DNA of 64,000 bases from Spirochaetia bacterium (lineage in GTDB: Bacteria; Spirochaetota; Spirochaetia; UBA9216): NCBI GenBank assembly GCA_963677925.2, contig CAXXYH010000003.1, forward strand, positions 576,001 to 640,000. The letters are read 5' to 3'. Numbering within the stretch: the stretch's first letter is position 1; each line of letters opens with the position of its first letter. The notes beneath the pieces are model-generated. The model had not been told where the DNA came from. It made no database searches and saw only the letters and a list, made by a program, of their open reading frames with translations. Below, piece after piece: positions 56,951 through 64,000 of this stretch. The translations under genes were made by a program, and so were the position numbers.

Positions 56951-57843
56951 TCCCCCCGTCTCTGAAGGACTCTTTCTCCGGCAGGGATATCCCTTGTAAT
57001 CCAGACGTTACCGCCTATTTCTGCGCCCTTCCCGATGGTTACACGGCCCAGAACTGTGGCACCTGCATAAACTATCACATCATCTTCAACTATCGGATGG
57101 CGGGGAATGTTTTTAATGGGGTTACCGTCTTCATCTTTGGGAAAGCTCTTTGCTCCCAGAGTTACCCCCTGGTAGATCCTTACGTTCCGTCCGATTATTG
57201 AGGTTTCTCCTATTACGGTTCCTGTTCCATGGTCAATAAAGAACCGCTCGCCTATTGTTGCACCGGGATGAATGTCTATTCCCGCTTCGGAGTGAGCCAT
57301 TTCACTTATCAGTCTGGGGATAATTGGAACACCAAGCTTGTACAGCTCATGGGCAATACGGTGATTTGTAAGCGCCCGGATGCTCGGATAGCAGAATATA
57401 GCCTCACCTATGCTTCGGGCTGCCGGGTCGCCCTCATAGGCAGCTTCGGCATCGGTTACCAGCATATGGCGGATATAGGGCAGCTTTTCAAACAGGCCTT
57501 TTACAGCTTTCTGTGAACTTGTTTCACAGACTGAGCATACAGAATCACTTATACAGGAAAAACAGAATCCGCGGCGAAGCTGTTCAGCAAGAATAGAGTA
57601 ACACTTATCAAGAGTTGCACCGATGTAGAAATCCATTGTATCTTCCCGCAGTTCGGTATGTATGTAATATCCTGGAAAAAGAACAGAACGAAGCAGCTCA
57701 ACAGCCTTCTTAAGCTCTTCAACATCAGGCATATGCATGTCGTGATGATGTGATTTAAAGAATACTCTTTTATATGATTCAGGCTGACACAGTTCTGAAA
57801 CAACTTTCTGTAAATCAAGTTTTATGTCTTGTGATTCTGACAT
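56947..57843 (-). CDS. cysE: Serine O-acetyltransferase (EpsC-like long form)
   Basis: GDPAA, YP......HRIAHEL, GIDIHPGATIG..FFIDHGTGTVIGET, YQGVTLGA, RHP. Confidence 0.94.
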   Translation of the reverse strand: MSESQDIKLDLQKVVSELCQPESYKRVFFKSHHHDMHMPDVEELKKAVELLRSVLFPGYYIHTELREDTMDFYIGATLDKCYSILAEQLRRGFCFSCISDSVCSVCETSSQKAVKGLFEKLPYIRHMLVTDAEAAYEGDPAARSIGEAIFCYPSIRALTNHRIAHELYKLGVPIIPRLISEMAHSEAGIDIHPGATIGERFFIDHGTGTVIGETSIIGRNVRIYQGVTLGAKSFPKDEDGNPIKNIPRHPIVEDDVIVYAGATVLGRVTIGKGAEIGGNVWITRDIPAGERVLQRRGD

Positions 57844-57864
57844 TCTGACTCCTGTGGTGTGAGT

Positions 57865-58800
57865 TTATTCTGTAAAAAGTCCGGAAGAAAGATATCTTTC
57901 ACCGGTATCAGGGACTATGAATACAATTGTTTTATCTTTATTTTCAGGAAGCGATGCAGTTTGAAAAGCTGCATATGCAGCAGCACCTGCTGATATCCCG
58001 CAGAAGATGCCCTCTTCTTTCATCAGTCTTCTTGAGAAATCCATGGCATCATTGTCTTTCACTTTTATAACACTGTCTACAATGGAGAGGTCAAGGTTAT
58101 CAGGAATAAATCCGGCACCTATTCCCTGAATTTTATGACTGCCGGGCTTCAGCACTTTACCTTCCAGCTTCTGAGTAATTACCGGAGAGGTTTCCGGCTC
58201 TACAGCAATAACTTCAAGATCGGGATTAAGCTCCTTAATACCCTTTGCAGTACCGCTGAGGGTTCCTCCGGTTCCTACACAGGCAATAAGAATATCAACA
58301 AGACCGTTGCTGTCTTTCCAGATTTCAGCTGCAGTAGTCCGGTAATGCATATCAGGATTGGAAGGATTAATAAACTGACCCGGGATAAAGGAGGATTCAC
58401 TTTCAGAAGCAATCTGCTCAGCTCTATTGATAGCACCCTTCATGCCTTCTGTTCCGGGCGTAAGCACAAGTTCTGCGCCGAAGCCGGCAAGAACCTGTCT
58501 TCGTTCAATACTCATTGTTTCAGGCATGGTTAGAACAAGCCGGTAGCCCCGGACAGCACAGACCATTGCAAGGCCTATTCCTGTGTTGCCGCTTGTCGGC
58601 TCTACTATAACCGTATTTTCTTTTATAAGTCCGCGCTTTTCAGCGTCCTCTATTAGAGCCAGGGCAATTCTGTCTTTTACAGAACTGCCCGGATTAAAAT
58701 ATTCGAGTTTAGCAAGAACCTCGGCATTGCTGCCGCAGACACGGTTTATACGAACAAGTGGTGTATTACCGATTAGTCCGGCGACATTATCAGCCCTCAT
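57865..58800 (-). CDS. cysK: Cysteine synthase A
   Basis: IGNTPLV, KLE..NP..SVKDR, EPTSGNTG, GTGGT, HKIQGIGAGF, DTGERYLS. Confidence 0.96.
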   Translation of the reverse strand: MRADNVAGLIGNTPLVRINRVCGSNAEVLAKLEYFNPGSSVKDRIALALIEDAEKRGLIKENTVIVEPTSGNTGIGLAMVCAVRGYRLVLTMPETMSIERRQVLAGFGAELVLTPGTEGMKGAINRAEQIASESESSFIPGQFINPSNPDMHYRTTAAEIWKDSNGLVDILIACVGTGGTLSGTAKGIKELNPDLEVIAVEPETSPVITQKLEGKVLKPGSHKIQGIGAGFIPDNLDLSIVDSVIKVKDNDAMDFSRRLMKEEGIFCGISAGAAAYAAFQTASLPENKDKTIVFIVPDTGERYLSSGLFTE

Positions 58801-59762
58801 AATATATGAACCTTGATTGATTTATCTACCTTGTTTTTAAGAGTATCGCTAATCGCCTCAAAAGTACCGGTTCTGCTTGCTGCACAGCCTGCGCATGCAC
58901 CCTTGTACCTTATGAAAATATTAGTAAAATCATCTTCGTCTTTCATATCAACGACTTCAACGCTTCCGCCGTCGGCATTAAGGATTGGCAGAATTGACTC
59001 TTCTATTGCCTTTTCTACAGCCTTATGCTTCTGTATCAGAGTAAGCTCTGAAAAAGCCTTGTCTTCAGGACCGGCGTTGAGTCTGTCCTTCTCCATCTCA
59101 GCCCTTGTATCACGAAGGATGTCCTCAAGATGAAATTTTCTCTCTTCATGGCCGCCCGGTTTCACACAGGACTTGCAGAAAGCACCGGCCTTTGTATACT
59201 GGGTTATCTCTTCCACAGTCTTGAGATCATTGAGTTTAATAACCTCTTTAATAGTACTGAGTGATACCCTTGCACATTCACAGACAATCTCTTCCTCTTC
59301 GAAAACAGACATATCAACGTTCTTGTACAATGATGCGGCTTTCTTGATTACATCATAGGCCATAACCGAACAATGCATTTTCTGGGGAGGAACCGCAGGA
59401 GTATCAGGTGAATCACGCAGATTCTTTTCAACATCAAGGTTAGTAATTTTTACTGCTTCATCAACAGTAAGCCCTATACACATCTCTGCCATAACATCGC
59501 TTGATGCAATAGCTGTTCCGCAGCCGAAACTCTTAAATCTTGCGTCAAGGATTTTATCGGTAGCTGTATCAACCATCCAGTACAGACGAACAGCGTCGCC
59601 GCAGGCATCAGCTCCGTAATCCGCAACTATCAGCTTAGCATTTTTTGCAGCAGCCTCTGCCTCGGTAATTTCACCCATGTATTTAGGCTCATTCATTCTG
59701 CTGCTTACTTTATCTGAATACTGTTCCCAGAGGGAACCTCCAATTAAATCTTTCTTTCCCAT
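58797..59762 (-). CDS. nifU: Three-domain NifU Fe-S scaffold
   Basis: IscU-like domain (CGD, FGC, KMHC), BFD-like CEC...C..C, and C-terminal Nfu domain (DGG...GAC.GC). Confidence 0.95.
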   Translation of the reverse strand: MGKKDLIGGSLWEQYSDKVSSRMNEPKYMGEITEAEAAAKNAKLIVADYGADACGDAVRLYWMVDTATDKILDARFKSFGCGTAIASSDVMAEMCIGLTVDEAVKITNLDVEKNLRDSPDTPAVPPQKMHCSVMAYDVIKKAASLYKNVDMSVFEEEEIVCECARVSLSTIKEVIKLNDLKTVEEITQYTKAGAFCKSCVKPGGHEERKFHLEDILRDTRAEMEKDRLNAGPEDKAFSELTLIQKHKAVEKAIEESILPILNADGGSVEVVDMKDEDDFTNIFIRYKGACAGCAASRTGTFEAISDTLKNKVDKSIKVHIL

Positions 59763-59776
59763 TGATAGTCTCCGGA

Positions 59777-60955
59777 TTAAATATATTCTTTGCTGCTGGT
59801 GGAGGAAATTCCCCGAAGTCTGGCAACAGCTTTTTTAATAATATCGATAGTATAGTCAATCTCTTCCTCAGTTGTGAATCTCGAAAGACTGAACCTCATA
59901 CCGGTGTGGGCAAGGTCCTGCGCAATATTCATGGCAACGAAGGTTGGGTTTGACTCAAGTGATTCTGAAGCGCATGCGCTTCCCGTAGATGCTGCAATAC
60001 CGTTCTGATTAAGATCCCAGAGAAAGGCTTCGCCTTCAATGCCCCTGAAGCTGGCAAGGATGGTATTAGGTGTACGGATGTCCCTGCTGCCGATAACCTC
60101 TGAATCTTCTATTGAAAGAATTGCATCTTCAAGCTTGTCCCTTAGACGTCTGACTTGCTTATTCTCAAATTCAAGATTCTGTGTGGCAAGTTCCATTGCA
60201 TAACCCATTCCAATAAAAGACTGAACGTTGATTGTTCCCGCTCTTAAGCCGGCCATCTGCTCACCGCCGTGAAAAAGCGGAACAAGCGGAGCGCCTTCAC
60301 GTACATACAAGCCGCCGATACCCTTGGGGCCGTGAAACTTGTGTGCACTGAAGGTAATATAATCAGCCTTTACCTTCTGCATGTCTACAGGAAGCTTGCC
60401 GATTGCCTGTACCGCATCAAGGTGAAGAGGTACGCCGTTTTCGCGGCAAATCTCACCATAAGCTTCAACCGGGTTAATTATTCCAGTCTCATTATTTGCC
60501 CATATTATCGATACAAGGGCAGTGTTATCGGGATCGATCGTGTCTTTGAGAACCTGGGGATCTACAATTCCTTCGGTATTTACCGGAAGCCATTTAATTT
60601 CCATACCGAGCTTGTGAAGAAATTCACAGGTTTCTGATACCGCCGGGTGTTCAATGCTGCTGGTAATAATCTGTTTCTTTCCTGAATTAAGCATGTAGTT
60701 GAAATATGCTGTCTTCAAAACCGTATTATTACCCTCTGTGGCACAGCTGGTGATAAGTATATCATCATCATCGCCTGCATTGATTCCGTCATAAAGTCTG
60801 TCCAGAGCTATTTTCATATAAGGATGGACTTCTGTACCGAAACTGTGCAGTGAATTCGGATTACCGTACATCTGACAGGCAAAGGGCTCCATCGCATCCT
60901 TGACTGCCGGGTCTACTATAGTTGTAGCATTATTATCTAGATAAATTCTTTCCAT
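59777..60955 (-). CDS. nifS: Cysteine desulfurase, NifS/IscS group I
   Basis: YLDNNATT, GNPNSLH, ANNETG, SAHKFHGPKG, STGSAC. Confidence 0.95.
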   Translation of the reverse strand: MERIYLDNNATTIVDPAVKDAMEPFACQMYGNPNSLHSFGTEVHPYMKIALDRLYDGINAGDDDDILITSCATEGNNTVLKTAYFNYMLNSGKKQIITSSIEHPAVSETCEFLHKLGMEIKWLPVNTEGIVDPQVLKDTIDPDNTALVSIIWANNETGIINPVEAYGEICRENGVPLHLDAVQAIGKLPVDMQKVKADYITFSAHKFHGPKGIGGLYVREGAPLVPLFHGGEQMAGLRAGTINVQSFIGMGYAMELATQNLEFENKQVRRLRDKLEDAILSIEDSEVIGSRDIRTPNTILASFRGIEGEAFLWDLNQNGIAASTGSACASESLESNPTFVAMNIAQDLAHTGMRFSLSRFTTEEEIDYTIDIIKKAVARLRGISSTSSKEYI

Positions 60956-60999
60956 ATACTATAGAAATATAGCTATAAAAATTGATAAAGACAACTATT

Positions 61000-61647
61000 T
61001 TACCCCTCTTCGAAGTCTTTCGAACTTCCTTTGAAACCGGGAATTCGTTTTACCTTCGGAAGTGAAAGGCCGGTCTTCATAGCAAGCAGCCTGAACACTG
61101 TGGTTAAGGCAAAAGCGGTAAAAATGGAGAGGTCCGGAGACATTCCAATATGTGCCGAGAGGATGTAGACCCCTGCTCCGGCAAAGGAAGCTGTTGCATA
61201 AAAATCACGGCTGATAACGCCTGGGATTTCACGGACAAGCACATCTCGCAGCATCCCGCCGCCGGTAGCAGTGAGTGCTCCGGTAAGAAGTATTCCTACT
61301 ATGCCGAGATCAAAGGCGGCGCCCTTCGCTGCGCCTATGGCCGTGAATACGCCAAGCCCTACAGCATCGAGCACTTTTACGAGTTTCCATATTTTTGCTA
61401 TTCGCGGGGCAAGAAGGGCTGTAAGAATACCTGTGGCAATACAGGCGATAAAATATGTTTCATTACGGAAGGCTGCCGGCGGGGTATCACCCAGAAGCAG
61501 GTCGCGGAAAATTCCCCCTCCTACTCCGGTGATAAGTGAAAGTACACAGACGCCCAGGATATCAAGCTCATGCCGGATAGCCTTAAAGGCGCCAGTTATT
61601 GCAAAAATTACAGTACCGAAAATATCAAGATAGTAGAGAACTACCAT
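61000..61647 (-). CDS. Trimeric intracellular cation channel family (UPF0126/YadS-like) membrane protein
   Basis: Duplicated GGG..RD.L motif, DAVGLGVF, 7 TM helices. Confidence 0.9.
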   Translation of the reverse strand: MVVLYYLDIFGTVIFAITGAFKAIRHELDILGVCVLSLITGVGGGIFRDLLLGDTPPAAFRNETYFIACIATGILTALLAPRIAKIWKLVKVLDAVGLGVFTAIGAAKGAAFDLGIVGILLTGALTATGGGMLRDVLVREIPGVISRDFYATASFAGAGVYILSAHIGMSPDLSIFTAFALTTVFRLLAMKTGLSLPKVKRIPGFKGSSKDFEEG

Positions 61648-61665
61648 GGCGGTACCTCTGTTTAA

Positions 61666-63297
61666 TCAGATATGAAGGCCGTGATGACCATGCCACATTG
61701 AGTCGCGGAGGTTTCTGACATCCTCGCTTGCAAGGTACTCGTCAAACGGCATCATCCGGTCAATTATACCCTCGGGAGTGAACTCTATAATCCTGTTGGC
61801 TATAGAATGAACAAACTGGTGGTCATGAGAGTTGAACATTAAAACTCCCGGAAACTTGATAAGCGCATTGTTTAGTGCTGTGATAGATTCAAGGTCCAGA
61901 TGGTTTGTCGGTTCATCCATAATAAGGCCGTTGGCGCCCTTGAGCATCATCATTGAGAGCATACAGCGGACCTTCTCGCCTCCGGAAAGAACCTTAACCT
62001 TTTTAAGCGACTCTTCACCGCTGAAAAGCATCCGGCCCAGAAAGCTTCTGACATCGGTTTCATCATCAATCTTGTACTGGGTCAGCCAGTCTACGATCGA
62101 CATATCGACATCAAAGAAATCTGAATTATCTTTTGGAAAGTATGAAGTTGTGATTGTAACTCCCCAGCTGAATTCACCTGAATCAGCTTCGATATTGCCT
62201 GAAAGTATATCGAACAGCGCGGTCTTTGTGCTATGCATAGGGCCAACAAAGGCAATTTTATCATCACGGTTCATGGTAAGACTGAAATCTTTAAGGACAT
62301 GCTCACCATCGACAGTCTTGTTAAGGCCTTCGATAGTCAGAATATTGTTTCCGGGTTCACGATCCGGCTTGAACTCGACATAGGGAAACTTTCTGGAGGA
62401 AGGTTCAATATCATCTATTGTCAGTTTATCAATCAGTTTTTTTCGGCTGGTTGCCTGCTTTGCCTTTGAAGCGTTGGAACTGAACCGCTGAATAAATTCC
62501 TTAAGTTCGGCAACCTTATCTTCACGTCGCTTTTTATCATCCTTCATCTGCTTCAAAGCGAGCTGACTTGCAAGGTACCAGAAGTCATAGTTTCCGACAA
62601 AGAGTTTAATCTTGCCGAAATCAACATCGGCAATATGAGTACAAACCCTGTTAAGAAAGTGTCTGTCGTGAGAAACAACAATAACGGTATTCTCGAACTT
62701 GTACAGAAACTCTTCGAGCCATGCAATTGATTCAAGATCAAGGTTGTTGGTTGGCTCATCAAGAAGAAGGATATCGGGATTTCCGAAAAGAGCCTGAGCC
62801 AGAAGAACACGAACCTTCTGGTTACTTTCAAGGTCTTTCATATCCTTGTAGTGGAGATCCTCGGGGATTCCAAGCTGGCTTAGAAGAATCGCCGCTTCAC
62901 TTTCCGCTTCCCAGCCGTTCATTTCAGCAAATTCACCTTCAAGTTCAGCGGCGCGAAGTCCGTCTTCTTCGGTAAAATCAGCCTTTTCATAGATGGCATC
63001 TTTTTCAGTCATAACTTCATAGAGTTTCTGATGACCCATTATAACAGTATGAAGCAGTGAATATTCATCAAAGGCGAACTGGTCCTGCTTAAGAACAGCC
63101 ATTCGTTCTCCTGGACCTATAATAATATCTCCCTTGTCAGCTTCAAGCTCACCTGAGAGGATTTTAAGAAAAGTCGATTTACCGGCGCCGTTTGCCCCGA
63201 TAACACCATAACAGTTTCCCGGCAGAAATTTGATATTTACGTCTTTAAAAAGAGCCCTTTCGCCGAAAGAAAGGGAGACATCGCTAACAGTTAACAT
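61666..63297 (-). CDS. ABC-F family ATP-binding protein (YbiT/YkpA-like)
   Basis: Two ABC domains with no TM part; GANGAGKST, LLLDEPTN, LSGGE, DEPTNHLD. Confidence 0.93.
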   Translation of the reverse strand: MLTVSDVSLSFGERALFKDVNIKFLPGNCYGVIGANGAGKSTFLKILSGELEADKGDIIIGPGERMAVLKQDQFAFDEYSLLHTVIMGHQKLYEVMTEKDAIYEKADFTEEDGLRAAELEGEFAEMNGWEAESEAAILLSQLGIPEDLHYKDMKDLESNQKVRVLLAQALFGNPDILLLDEPTNNLDLESIAWLEEFLYKFENTVIVVSHDRHFLNRVCTHIADVDFGKIKLFVGNYDFWYLASQLALKQMKDDKKRREDKVAELKEFIQRFSSNASKAKQATSRKKLIDKLTIDDIEPSSRKFPYVEFKPDREPGNNILTIEGLNKTVDGEHVLKDFSLTMNRDDKIAFVGPMHSTKTALFDILSGNIEADSGEFSWGVTITTSYFPKDNSDFFDVDMSIVDWLTQYKIDDETDVRSFLGRMLFSGEESLKKVKVLSGGEKVRCMLSMMMLKGANGLIMDEPTNHLDLESITALNNALIKFPGVLMFNSHDHQFVHSIANRIIEFTPEGIIDRMMPFDEYLASEDVRNLRDSMWHGHHGLHI

Positions 63298-63351
63298 GGC
63301 TTGACCATACCGGAAAAAGGGTAAAAAAACAACCCTGATGAAGTTCGGGAA

Positions 63352-64000
63352 CTAAAGTTTAAATTCGATTGTTACCTCGGTACCACCGTTGCGAACGATG
63401 CTGTAAGTGCCGTCCAGCTGCTGAACAAGAGCTTCTATAAGCGTCATGCCGAATCCTGAAGAGTTATTTTTATTAAGTTCTTTCTGAATTCCCTTGCCGT
63501 TATCATGAACAGACAGTACGGCCTTATCACCGGAAATACGGGATTTTATCACTATCTCAGGTTCTTTTGTTTTTCCAAAAGCATACTTCATCGTATTGGT
63601 AAGTATCTCATTGATCAGAATAGCAAGAGTCTGTATCCTTCGGGCATCGAGATTGATACTCTCCAGTTCCTTTTTGACAGTTACAGCATCAGAACCGGGA
63701 AAACTTGAAATGATTTCATCTGCGAGCAATCCGATATATTCGCTGATATCAGCGTCATAGAAGTTTTCAGACCGGTAAAGTTTGTCGTAGAGCAGCGTCA
63801 TACTTTCAACACGGGCCCTTGCATCATCAAGCGCTTCAACAGCCACCGGGTCTTTAAGAGGTGCCGCCTGCAGCGACAAAAGACTGCTTATTGTACTCAT
63901 GTTGTTTTTAATTCTGTGATGTACTTCTTTCAATAAAAGCTGCTTCTCTTCAAGCAGTTTTTTGATATCTTTTTCGATCTTAAGATGCTCCATAAAAAGG
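63352..64000 (-). CDS. Sensor histidine kinase (HisKA_2 plus HATPase), 5'-partial
   Basis: EVHHRIKNN, NEILTN..KYAF, DNGKG, GFG..L. The frame stays open to the window edge. Confidence 0.9.
   Translation of the reverse strand, partial: LFMEHLKIEKDIKKLLEEKQLLLKEVHHRIKNNMSTISSLLSLQAAPLKDPVAVEALDDARARVESMTLLYDKLYRSENFYDADISEYIGLLADEIISSFPGSDAVTVKKELESINLDARRIQTLAILINEILTNTMKYAFGKTKEPEIVIKSRISGDKAVLSVHDNGKGIQKELNKNNSSGFGMTLIEALVQQLDGTYSIVRNGGTEVTIEFKL

Noticed and set aside
61666-63297. Degenerate second Walker A (GPMHSTKT) in the ABC-F protein
   Set aside because: As far as I recall, second-site degeneracy is common in this ABC-F subfamily; not distinctive.
1-64000. CRISPR arrays, tRNA/rRNA genes, IS elements, integrases, defence systems
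   Set aside because: None seen; intergenic regions are short and the long ORFs are otherwise accounted for.

Overview
64-kb chromosomal window from a spirochaete, probably a free-living anaerobic Spirochaetales. The call rests on a FlaA-family protein, spirochaete-type acetate kinase and PPi-PFK, and a murB/cysS/ECF-sigma neighbourhood. Most of it is housekeeping: valS, cysS, asnS, murB, mgtE, two ackA, metY-metA, DAHP synthase, arcA, manA, pfp, an acyl-CoA ligase, nifS-nifU-cysK-cysE and an ABC-F protein. I found no rRNA, tRNA, CRISPR array, integrase or transposase. Main observations: (1) a second, non-canonical CysRS paralogue (50082-51317) with a rewired Zn/substrate pocket and no C-terminal anticodon domain; (2) a three-gene surface-protein cassette (51821-55945) flanked by 64-bp direct repeats whose mismatches are mostly silent third-codon changes, so they look like two alleles of the 3' end of a lost gene; (3) an unannotated 44-aa secreted peptide gene with its own promoter and RBS; (4) a recurring leaderless-mRNA layout; (5) a K+ channel/stand-alone cNMP-binding domain/diguanylate cyclase operon. 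All calls come from reading motifs by eye; no searches were run.
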